The position numbers were made by a program, and so were the translations under genes. The notes beneath the pieces were generated by a model. That model did not search any database. It had not been told where the DNA came from and saw nothing but the letters and a program-made list of their open reading frames with translations. DNA of 58,061 bases, the filler included, from Sphacelaria rigidula (Eukaryota): assembly GCA_964200075.2 (NCBI GenBank). It is 4 parts of 4 records of this genome, joined end to end, with 100 filler letters (N's around TTAATTAATTAA, not from the genome) between each part and the next. Parts side by side here need not be neighbours in the genome. Positions count along the whole stretch, not along the records: positions 1 to 14,442 come from CAXNAA020002240.1; 3 more parts are not named here. One strand, given 5' to 3'. Positions 1-11,574 of the stretch are shown here, piece by piece; position 1 is the first letter of the stretch, and every line of letters starts with the position of its first letter.

Positions 1-169
1 CTGCGCGGTACATTCGTACTGGGCATCTGATGCGGACGCCTTCCGTGGTCACAGGCGAGCAAAAAAAACAAAAACAAATATACATATAATATAATACATA
101 TATATATATATATATATATATAAGCTTGACCCCCCATGAATGTTGAATGCGAACCATGTGCTCAAGAGT

Positions 170-612
170 CATCCGGTACAAATCGCGGATGGTAAAGTTG
201 TACGCTCAAGGTCATACCGCACGAATGTGTACACTCCAATTAGAGTCACACGGATCACAATTTCTCGATGAATCATTGGTGGGAAATATGTATACACTTG
301 ATTCACCTCGTATGGATGGAAGGTGGAGAATATGTACGTATGATTCATGCTGCATGAACGGAAATTAGGAAACATGTACGCTTGATTCAACTCGTATAAA
401 TGCAAGGTGGGGGACATGTGCCAATGATCAATGCTGAATGAACGAAATGGGAGACGCGTGTACGCTTGATTCACCTCGTGTGAATGGAAAGTGGAAAACA
501 TGTTCCTATAATTCATGCTAACGAATGCAAGGTGGAAGACATGTGCATAAATCGTGATTCATGTAGCATCAAAGGGGAGAAATAAACCATGTACCTCTGA
601 TTCATGACGTAT
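170..612 (+). repeat. Degenerate ~41-bp minisatellite array, part of a dispersed repeat family
   Basis: Recurring unit approx. gaatggaaagtggaaaacatgtacgcttgattcacctcgtat. The same unit resumes at ~1400-1594 and 3406-3620 and occurs inverted at ~21050-21350. Confidence 0.85.
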
Positions 613-1594
613 GTATGTATGAAGCTCCGTACTAGTGTTGTCTGTCTGTTGTCCGCTGTACAGATTGTACAGTGTCATGCTATACTGTACTGTACTGTAC
701 TGCACTGCACTGTAGTGAAGTGGACTGTCCGCTGGCTGCAGTGGGCGCTGCCCGAGTGTTTCCGAACACGCACGCAAACATGCGGGGACGACTCTCTTTT
801 CAGTACTGGTGCTGTCTGCAGCTGCCTTCGTACTGTCTTATATGTTGAGGGCAACTGCACCGCAGAACAAAAAATGAAGAGTAGAAAGGTCGTCAATAGC
901 TTAGCTCGGGGAAATAAATAGGTGGAACAATCGCTCTAGGCGCGTAGATCCGTGCTGTGTCATGCTCTGCCGTACGGTCTGCGAACTGCAGCGTACGCTG
1001 CCAAAGTTTTCCCAAAAGTCTCCGCGAGCATGCGAGGACAATTCGTGATGTTGCTGTGTTTTTCGCAAGTGTTCGTGGCACTGTATACAGTGTTTTCAGG
1101 TCAAATGTACAGTGTACCATAAAACACAACATGAAACCAAGAGTGAAACCGCAAAGACTGTCAATGGCGTAGATGGGGAAAAAAAATGGATAGAAGAATC
1201 GCTCTGAGCGCGCATACGCGTGTGTTGTATTGTACGTTAATTAATGTGTTACGCATGGCTGTCATATTCGAGAATGGGTTTATTGCGGATTTGGCACTTG
1301 AGGGGTTCGCGGCCTACTCGCTTAAACGTATTTACCTACCTCACCTTTGAAAAGGCCGCGCCACCGAAGAGTCGCGCCCAATGAAATGACAGAGGGGAAA
1401 CGACATCATTTGCTCATGATTTATACCATATTAACAGGAGGTGGGGAACATGTACGTACTTATAATTCATGCTGCATGAAAGAAATGTGAGAAACATGTA
1501 CACTTGATCCAACTCGCATGAATCGAAGGTGGGGAATGTGTATGTATAATGCATTGTGCATGGATGGAAATATGGACATATATACGCTCGATTC

Positions 1595-3405
1595 CAAGGT
1601 TTTGTTCTGTAGGGTACGAGTACGTTCTGTAGGAAATGAGACTACTTCTAGAACTTACAGAAATATCGGGTGCCGGTACATGAAAGTCTCCCGGAAATTG
1701 AAAAACTGTCAGGTACCGGTTTGATAGTCTTACAGAATTTACAGGGGTTTTTTTGTTTTTCACGAAACGGTATGGGAGGCTTACAGATAACCGTACCGGC
1801 AATCGGGTATTCCTTCAAGGGCATACTCGCGCTCCGGGTACGAGTATACACTCCGTACACAACTAACAGGAATTGTCGGGTAGGGTACGGAGTTGCGCAG
1901 AAAACCGTACCCGCAACCGGGTATGTTACCGAAAGCGTGTCCGTACCCCCGGTAACGGTACGAAAGGCTTACAGAACTCAAGGAACTATCGGGTAAGGGT
2001 ATGAAAGTCTTGCAGAGTTCGCAGAACAGTCAGGTACCGGTATAAAAGTCTTAGACAAGTCACAGAACTGTCGGGTACGGCATAAACCCGGGAAAATACC
2101 CCGGGCATACACGAAACCGTACCCTACAGAACATAAACCTGGTATCATCGCCACCCCTGTGGTGAGGCTTGCGTCACTACAGTGGCAAACTCCAGATGAC
2201 AGTTCACGAGTACTCTGAACGGCTTCGCGGGGTCGACAGAGAAATACTACACCAACACTCGCAGTAGTGCATGTGTACAGGATCGTCAACATGTGTCGGC
2301 TTCACGTACACTCCCAGATAGCACATGAAGGAGCTTTCACGGCTGCCCGCTCTCTGGAAGCCCTTCGGCAACACAAAGTCGTTGGTGGTCTTGACGACTT
2401 GCAGTGGCAGCTCATACTCTCTGCCGTGCAAGTCGATAACGCCCTGGGGTTTGATGACCACGACACAACCATCATCGACGTCGATCACCTGCGTTTTGCT
2501 ACTTGACTCCCCTGGTGGCGTGGATGAACCGCCCCCGCTGGAGCCATCACTCGAGGCTGGAGGAGATCCATCCTGACGGTCTACAGCGCTATTCATGTTC
2601 CGTGTTTCCGTTCAACAGCACCTCGAAACCCGTCAGATTCCAAACTGAAGACTGTCCATCTTTGGATTTTGTTGGTGCCGTAGTGTTGAACGAAGGAGTA
2701 GGGTCGGTTGATTCGTGGACTGTATGTGTTCAGATCATGAAGTTGTGTTTTGATATCACCTATGTCCATACCTCTACAATGTATATACCTGTGCTCGTAC
2801 CTGCAATCGGGTATATTTACAACACTATGGGAGGCTTCCAGAGCTGACAAGAGTGTCGGGTACTAGTACTGTATGAAAGTCTTACAGAACTCACAGAACT
2901 TGTCGGGTACGGTACGGCAGACTCACAGATAATCGTACCGGCGATCGGGAATTTCTCCAAGGGCATACCCGTGCTCCGGGTGCGCGTATGCATTCTGTAC
3001 AGAACAAAGATAAACTGTCTGGTGAGGGTATCGGAGGCGAACAGAACTCACAGAAGCTGTCGGGTAGGGTATGGAGGCTGCACAATAACCGTACTCCCAA
3101 CTGGGTATCTTATCAAGAGCATACCCGTGTCCCCCGGTAAGGGTACGGGAGGCTTACAAAATCCACATAACTACCGGGTAAGGGTACGACAGTCTTACAG
3201 TTGACAGAACTGTCGGGTGCCGGTATGAAAGTCTTACAGAAGTCACAGAACTATCGGGTGGGGGTATAAAAGTCTTACAGAACTTACATAACTGTCGGGT
3301 GCCGATGTGGAAGTCTTACAGAAGTCACAGAACTGTCGCGAACGGTAAATGCCCGGGAAAATACGCCGGGTACACAAAACCCGTACCATTCAGAACACAA
3401 CTTTG
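1595..3405 (-). mobile_element. hAT-like non-autonomous DNA transposon with compound arm-core-arm structure
   Basis: Terminal inverted repeats caaggttttgttctg (1595) / cagaacacaactttg (ends 3405). Imperfect 8-bp flanking duplication ctcgattc / cttcattc. Many subterminal acagaac/cgggta repeats. The core 2204-2596(-) encodes a Ser/Gly-rich N-terminus followed by a Cys/His segment, possibly a transposase N-terminal remnant. Confidence 0.7.
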
Positions 3406-3830
3406 CTTCATTCACCTAATATGAATGGAAGATGGGAAACATGTGCCTAGTTTTTATGTTACATGGAAGAGGAGAAACATGTACCTGTGATTCATGGCGT
3501 ATGGATGGCAGGTGGGGAACGTGTGCCTATGATTCATGCCGCATGAATGAAAACTGATAAACAAATGCCTATGATGCATACCATACGAATGTAAGGTAGG
3601 AAACGTGTACCTTCGACGGTGTACCGCACGAATCACGAAATGGGAATGTGTACACACCAAGTAGTGTCGAAAAACCACAAACCGAACACATGCACGAATC
3701 ATAGCTTGTGTACGAATTGTATTCTCGTCCCATCGTTCAATATTAGTCGAATCACGATTTAGTTTGTCCGAACCGTGCTAGTCTTACCCTTTTCATCCTG
3801 AGCCGGATGAGATCTTCAAATGTGTCAAAT
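3406..3830 (+). repeat. Continuation of the minisatellite-bearing repeat plus its unique end segment
   Basis: The ~41-bp units resume right after the TIR. 3600-3780 is homologous to the reverse complement of 20880-21070. Confidence 0.75.
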
Positions 3831-5448
3831 GAAGAGCCACGGATGTCGAGGTTATGACGTCTCTCAATCACTTACTGAGCTGCTCATTCGTGTCATGAGA
3901 TATCGACGGGGTGGCGGCGCCATGCGTAAGCTTTGGCACTGTCGTTCCTGCTAACCCAACGCTTCAGATACACTCCATCCGTCGTTGTGCTCAGAGGCGG
4001 CGGTCATCCCTTGATGATGGTCTACGGTACAGTGCATACGTGCGTGCCGGATTTCGTTGTAAGCGGTAACCTGATGGCCATCTTCAAGACACATGGAGCC
4101 TCCGGCGCGCGAGAATACTTGAACCACCGGAGTTGGCAGCGGCCAAGATCCCCGGGGCTGGATGAGGACTTTCGTAAGGTCAATTCCAGCAACGCATGCG
4201 CAAACCCGCGTCCAGCATCCGCGCATTGTCTATGCGCCATGGTCTCATTCTCCCATAATTACAAAGACAACTGTGGTGATCTATTTGTGTATTGCTGGCA
4301 CTTGAATGTATCCTTGGTGTTTTGCAGGATACCATATCTTGATAACATCTCGAGCACATCTTGAGAACAGCATGAGCTACCTTTCTTGAGCGCGTTCACC
4401 CGAACTCGTTGGTTTCGATTGAAGAGCATCTTGTCATGTTGATCATATGTCGAATCCTAGGTGAGACTTGACATCTTGGGGTCCGTCGGTCGACATTCCC
4501 GACCGTCGCTTGACATTAACAAACATCGCTTGACCGAAGGAAAGGATGGCATAATTGCGTACGTGGGCAGAACGCAGTGCAGCGTACGTTGGCGCGGTAC
4601 CTATCCGACTCAACATACGTCAGCAGTTGACAAAGCGCCGCGTGCGATGTGGGCTGCCAAGAGGCACCCGACAATCCCACAGCGCAAGCATTACGAGCTT
4701 GTCCAGCCTGGACGCGAATTTATAGTTTGCAGACCCCGACCAACCTCAATTTCGAGAGTTGAACTTGAAAAAATGGCACGGAGAATGAACAGGGCATGAT
4801 AAAAAACAAAACATTCGGGACGATAAGCTTTTATTTAATCACTTAGCGGCTATCGAAAACTCACAAGTGATCACTTGTTCACGAGCTGTCTGCCGACAGG
4901 CTTACGTGTATTTGCGGAAAAGGCTAAATTTTTCTACATGTAACCTACCATACTCAGTGCCGAATGCGGAAATGTGATGTGTTGACCCCCCCCCCCCCCG
5001 TAGCCCGTTTGAGGAATGGGGACGGGTCTGAGTTGACCACCACGTTCGAACCGGAAAGTAATTCATGACCGAGTCCACGGCTTCGATTCACGCGCTTTAG
5101 ACTCACGGTCATTGGATGTCTGAAAACAACTTCACAACGGACTCCCACACAAACAGTTTCATCTGCAACGGTTGACAAAACATTTTGAATGTCTAATGGC
5201 TCCCGGCTTCGTCTGATACGGTCCCTTACGGGGCTCTCCGCTGTAAATACCGACTGAAGTCGTACGGCTCAAAGCTTCGTTACTGTCGAAAAAATTCCTG
5301 TACATGTTTGTAGCTTCTGTTATCTTTACTTGCTAATAGAACGCTGGCAACATTACATCAAAGCCAGTCTTCAGCGAAGGTTCTGCAAGCCGAGGAAAAC
5401 ATTAACAGCGAGAATTGATACGTGTAGAAATCCTTCCAACCGAAAATT

Positions 5449-5722
5449 TGACACTTTCTACGATACCCCCCCCCCCCCAAAACACCCCCCCCCAAAACAA
5501 ACAGCCCAAAACTGTCACGAAAGAAAATGGTCATGCAGCGCGAGATGTTTGGATTCAGGTTGCATGAAGCGTCTCATATAGGCGACATTGACGAAAACGA
5601 ACCCAAGCGTGGGAATTCCAAACTGCTCGTTGTTTCTCGGCTTCTTCCATTCCGATCTACGTGTAGATTTTGCATCCCCAAAGCAGCCACGTCTTTGGAG
5701 GGGGATATCGTAGAAAGTGTCA
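5449..5722. mobile_element. MITE (~274 bp)
   Basis: Inverted termini tgacactttctacgataccccc (5449) / ggggatatcgtagaaagtgtca (ends 5722). Non-coding interior. Confidence 0.7.
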
Positions 5723-6040
5723 GTTCGGCGACACCTGAACCCCACACTCACTAAGAGTCTTGGGCTCGATGTCATGCATATTTGTTGTTGGCATAGTCAT
5801 GGTCCATTGTTGTCACCACCATAATTTCAACAGCTGAGACAACAACTACGTGTGAAGCGTGACAGCTGCTACATACAACGTGCTTCTTTCCTAAACTACT
5901 CAATGATACCGTTTCTGGCTGGTTCACACGTTCAAACATGCACGCAGCTACGTAGTTGTTTCGGAGTTACCTGTAGCTCCCGCGAGCTATCCGGTTATGA
6001 TGCATCGCAGGACTTGGCTTGTCGAAAAACGCTTGGCTGT

Positions 6041-9000
6041 ATGGCGCAAACGATGGCAACCCTTTCTACGTCTCGGCAGGGGGGCCACCGCTTTTCCACG
6101 AGAGCAAACGGTCAAGCGCGAGGACTGACACCAGGGCGAGAACCGGGGCGGCCACAGGGCAGGGAAAGGAAGAATGTGCTGGCGGGCATCATCATACCCA
6201 ACGACGATCGAACGCTCTCTCCCATCACGAATGTATCAACTGCGACGGTGCGTGCTGGTGGCGCTGACCTGGGCACATGCACGAACACTTGGGATCACGC
6301 GATTGGTCTACGCGGAGGTGGACTTCCCGGCATTTTGAGCAGTCTTTCGAAAAGAAAGGAAATGTGGCTGGAGGCAGCAGAGTTTGTTTTGGCCTGGCTG
6401 GACCTAGCAACACCTGCTCTACAGCATATGTGGAACGTGTTCCGAGCCTTGTTCGGCCTGTCTCTGTTATTCTACGGCACAGAATTTGCTACTCTGGCGT
6501 TCCACGTGATCGTGTTCAGGTTATCAGGCTGGAAAAAGGTAAGCCCACCCATGCGCCCTGGAAAACAGAGCAGTGCGGCGTGCACCGAAACTACGGGGTG
6601 CTGTCACTACGGGTGGATGTCCTCGGGTTGTTGCGTTAGATTGGCGAGGCGTAGTACTATGTACTGTGGCCGATTCCTCGTATCTCTCGCAATACTCCAC
6701 ACTGTCCATCATGTTTTCGCATTCTATACCGATCCCCCTAAACAATGTGAAGCGCAGGCGGCGAGATACAAAGACGAGCTAGTGACGTACTACAAAGATG
6801 CGAGGCAAGCTATGCGGCGCGCTGCTGCAGACATTCGAGTCGCTGCGGACACCTCCCGCAGGAAAAAGCTCAAGGCAAGCCTGACCGTCGTTAGGTCGCG
6901 CACAGTCCTTGTCGCATGCGTTTCCTGATGTACGTACCATTATGTACACACCATTGGGGTGAAAGATTTTGTGTGTAAGATCAACATCGGTGAGTCGGTG
7001 CGTTTCTTGTGTTTCCACCTCTCGTGATCTGGCAAAATCCGTGTTGCCTATGTTGGTTTGAATCTTGTGGAAAAGGTATTTTGAGCATGGAGACGAGTAG
7101 TTCCCGTGTCCAATATAAACGGGCAATACTGACACATTTTGCATTGTGTGGCACCAGGATCTAAAGACGGAGCTCATGGAAGAGCAGCAGCGACTGCTTG
7201 CAAACGGGGATGTTACCAAAGAGGAGGCAAAAGCATTCATCGACAGTCGTAGGCAAGTGCAGAACCTGCTGCCTGCTATCCGCCACAACGCAAGGAAATG
7301 ATGCGGCGCTGTGGGCATGACTTTCCTCCACTTGGACGCGCTGAACTCTTTACAGCTTGGCACTTTGTAAATTTCCGTTGTTTTCGTCGCTATTCAGCAA
7401 GACCATCTTGGTTATGGTTACCATTGTTTTGACGAAGTGGTTGGCAGTCGAAATCGATTACCATATTTAGTGAATGGGTAATGACGCACGTATTTTCCGT
7501 TTTGGAAACATGGCCAGGAAGGACATCGAGACCATCGCGCGAGAAGAAGAAATCGCGGCCTCCGCTTCCAACTCCGTGCTCGCTATCAAGGTTGGAACAA
7601 GATTGAGGTCGACGGATGAAAGATTTTTTCAGAAGCAGACGGACTTAGTCTGCCATATCGTTCTGTTCGGTCCCTTTTTTTTTCTGTTCCTTCTTTTTCT
7701 CAGAGCGTGTTTTAGTTTCGTCTATTATGAGACCACGGCTGGAACCCTGGGGGGTCAGTTAAATGGCGTCAATCAATCAATCAATCGATCAATCGCGTGA
7801 CAAAGCGGTTTTGGTTGCTGGTCTTTGGTGACGACAGCCATCGGTCAATCGCCTGCTCGTGGTTGCACATGACGACTAGCGACACATGCTAGGGTATGCA
7901 TACAGTTGACGTTACTTGGTGGAGTGACTGCCTCTTGTTGTTTGCGTTTAAAACAACCTTGGCCAGAACGCTGTGAGCTTCGAAAAGCTCAGCATGAGCA
8001 TCAACAATCTTTACGCGGCGGTGGTGGTGAGCATCACAGCCAGCACGTTCAAGCGGGCTGGACAGATTACCCTTGCTCTTACGTGTGGTTCGCTCATCAA
8101 GGTACGTACGGTGCTCCGTTTGGTAGACTTTGTTGCCGTGTGTTTTTGTTAGCTTGCACAATTTACTTTGGGGACTTCGGTTGTCTCCTTGTCGATCTCA
8201 ACGACTGAACTATCATAGCGATGAAAGAAACTACAGTCGTGGTGTTTTTGGCTCCGAGCACATTCCCTCAGTACACAATTTCTCCCTCCGTAAGTCTGAG
8301 CCACTTGGCTACCCTTTACTCGCGTCTGTCCTCTTGTTTGGTTCGCACCGTGCATGCAGAGGGTTCTGTTCGACCTGCTAGGCCCAATAATCGATCCCAT
8401 CGGATACCAGCTGGAGCTAGAGACCTACGTGACCAAAATCATGCGCGGACGGGCCAACTCGTACATGTCTGCCGTTGGATTCTTGGCGTCCGCTGCTCTG
8501 TTCTTCCACTTCGTCGTTGAGCCTCAGGAAGCACTTATGGTAAAGTTCACTGAACGAGTTTTTCATTTCTCACGTAAGATGCCGCGTGATGCATCATGTC
8601 AATGAATGGGGTAAACTTGTGTTGTATTTTCATACTCTGTGAGGTTGTGCTGATAAAAATAGTGCACGGTAAGATAGTGACATCAATTCCCTACCTTGTA
8701 CGACCATGCAGGCTCCATCTGGGATATCCACCTACGCTATGAAGGCCCATACTCTAGAATACCCGCGCACGTACGAAAGATTCACGTGGGTTGTCGAAAT
8801 CCATCTGAGATGCTCGTCTAGAACCTCACATATATCTAGGATATGTATCTAGGACCTCGTGTTCATCGGAAATGCTCATCTGGAACGTCCGCATATTTGT
8901 ATACAGACCATTTCCCTATCATAACGCGCTGATCAAGAGATGCCCTGCCAGTATCTCGCACCTTACACAGTGCTCTACTGTACCTCAACCACCACAAGCG

Positions 9001-10770
9001 AGCCCAGATATTTGCCCCCATTACGGTTGTGCTTGGGGTCTTCGGCTTTTTATTGGTTCTTGTCGAGATCCTGCATGCAGCAAAACGCCGACAAGGTGAA
9101 ACTGGTCTCAGTCGATAAAATGTGTCAAGTGGACGACGTCAACCTCCCGATTAGATGTCCATCTAGGATGTCCCAGGTGTATATGCTGGATTGACATCTA
9201 TATCCCAGATTGATTTTGCAGGTGGATGTCGCAGATATATATTCCAGATGAAAATTCACCTCCTGTATGAACATTTACCTCCCAGACATGATCCCCCATG
9301 GATCCAGCCGTTATCACACCATAGACCTACCCAAGACATAGTGAAAACAAAACGGCAAAACTCGCTTGAGGGGGGTGAGCAAAGCATGTACTGTTTTGTG
9401 CCGATGCAGAACGTGTACAAACGTGAAATATGTGCTTACGTGGGGGCACCTGGCTCTAGACGCAACCCGCTTCCGGAATTCGGAGTTTCACATGCGCGTA
9501 CAACTCCGGGTGATCTTTGTTCGTTTCATCAGTAGCTTTGCTTTGTTTCCAATGTATCAATATACTGTAGTTCCCTGTGGATTCTTGACACTCTCCATCG
9601 GGTTTATCGCCGAGATGTGTTCCCGTTCCCGTGGTTCATATGTCGTTACCGTTTCGAAAGGTGGCCGCAGAACAGCGGTATAAGTAAGTACTTTAAGGTT
9701 AACTCACCGCAAATCGTTTCATAACCCTCCATGTACAAGTGAGTATCTGGCTGACCCAAGCCTCAGATTTCGCGGTGCATCGATTCTAATAACTCGATGA
9801 ATTTCATGGCATATCGCTCCCTGCATGGCTGACATTACTCGTCTGACTGAGCCGGTTTTGTGAGTGGAATGATGGAGTTGATGGTGTGCCGCTTTGTATT
9901 TGATATGTTACCTTGTCCAGGTTACGTTCGTGCTACTGGGGGCACGTATCGTGACTGATACCGTCATCAACGCGCTGAATCCATTACGGCGGTGAGTTCT
10001 GAACCAACATACCCACATGTGTCTCATGCGGTGGACGAGGGTCAACATCACCTTTATCGTGGGGCAAACTGCACTACACCAGGGACGAGAACCCGGCCGC
10101 AAGTACTTGAACTGGTTATTGAAACAGTGATGATACTGGCAGAGAGAGTGTCAGGTGTCAAATACACTATAAGTGTCATTTACCGCTCGGCTCTGGTAGT
10201 TTTACCAGTCCTGTGTTCGTACATCAACTCGCCAAGTGTTGTTCATCGAAGCTCGCAGCATGCTACTGTCTAGCAAGCTACCGTACAGGCCACAAGTACT
10301 TATTGTACGTGCTATTGCTCCACCGTATGATGCAGCCATCGCGTATGTCCCTTCATTAGTTATCGTTATCGCGCTACACTAACCTGGTTCACGCGTTACC
10401 TGTTTTCCATGGGTTAGGATGTTGTGTATCAGAGCTAGGTTGAGGCGAAGCCAACACAACCACCTGTCGTTAACCGTCCCGCACGAGAAGCCCGAACGGT
10501 ACGATAACCGATTATACCTACTGCGTGCACCGCCCCCACCCCCTCTGTCGAATGACCTTGTCACCCCATAGTAAACTCGGCTTCAGGAAGATGAACGACA
10601 TGCCAATATCAGCAGTAATCTACGTGGCGTGTTGCGCCCTTGGATTTACGCTTCAGGGAGAGGCGGGAGTGATTGGAGAGTACGTTTGCCGCCCGTATAT
10701 CGGCCTCCTCGGTGGCTTGAACAGGCTGCTCAATAGATTCCAGATTTCCACCATAGATTATTTCAGTTGA
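6041..10770 (+). CDS. Uncharacterised multi-pass membrane protein with coiled-coil segment. 8 exons: 6041-6538, 6758-6874, 7158-7252, 7518-7590, 7967-8101, 8360-8539, 9921-9991, 10572-10770 (the true start may lie in an upstream exon; in-frame acceptor at 6010)
   Basis: All exons have AG acceptors and GT/GC donors, phases are consistent (0,0,2,0,0,0,2), and the frame stays open to TGA at 10768-10770. Hydrophobic segments: LFGLSLLFYG, AVGFLASAALFFHFVV, VTFVLLGARIV, ISAVIYVACCALGF. LRGG motif at 6308-6319. Confidence 0.85.
8709..9310. repeat. Probable degenerate intronic repeat/MITE with catctagga-type subrepeats
   Basis: Repeated catct(a/g)g(g)a motifs at 8715-8890 and 9150-9300 inside intron 6. 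Termini are not clearly resolved. Confidence 0.35.
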
Positions 10771-11574
10771 AGGATGCTCATTGTACAGAGCTCGCCGGAC
10801 GTGCCGCGTTGTTTGTATATTGCTCGAGGATGTTCGTAACGAAAAAAAAAAAACGGAGGTGTATCTTGTTTGGTGCGAAAGCGTGATTTTGTGGGAGTGT
10901 ATGTCCATCGGTACCATGGCCTCAGTTCATCGGGAAAATCTGTACATATTTTAGTGGAGCAGGGGCTTCTTCCCATTCATACATGTAATTTCGACGCGTA
11001 GAGCGGGACGCACCTCTCGCGCTTCAGGAAGTGTGGGGGGAAGTGGGCTGCTGATGTTAAAATTCGTCCATAAAAGGCAGTGGTGGGCACATGACAGCGT
11101 CTCGGCGCAGGATATGCGTAGGCGGTGGTAGATTTCGTCAGTCTTCCTGCATGTGTCGGGAGCCGAAAGTCGCTGTGTTTTTCCTTCTCTGCATACCGAT
11201 CAAGGATGCATCTACTTGTCAATATTGGATGCCCGCAAACTCCACCAAGTCCTAGAGGAAATGTCGGTAATTTTCCGGGACTATATTTCTTAATCCCGTT
11301 GTATTTATGAAGTTCATCAGATCGTATTTTTGTGTTTTCAGTTTCTACAGTAGTGCTTCGTATCTTTTCTCGTTTCAGGTCTGAGCGTTTGTGGGTTGCT
11401 TCCGTGGTCCTCATGAGTGAGGATTCATGCCCCAATAGCATGGTCTCGAAAGTAGCTGAGCTTCATCTTGTTTTGCGGCCTTTTGTTTTGTTTTATGTAT
11501 AGATTTGTTTCTTAGGGTACGGCGTTTTCACCTAAAGCCGTCCCGCAGGGATCGGCGATTTCTAGGTTTTTGTA

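Noticed and set aside
270..612. Regularly spaced repeats resembling a CRISPR array
   Set aside because: Whole units are homologous and degenerate with no unique spacers. There are no cas genes and the context is eukaryotic.
676..720. (tactg/cactg)n pentamer runs, also near 19200-19340, 20455-20490 and 28280-28345
   Set aside because: Simple-sequence repeats. The ORFs crossing them are spurious.
5852..6928. 358-aa single-exon ORF
   Set aside because: Read-through of an in-frame, stop-free intron (6539-6757) joining exons 1 and 2.
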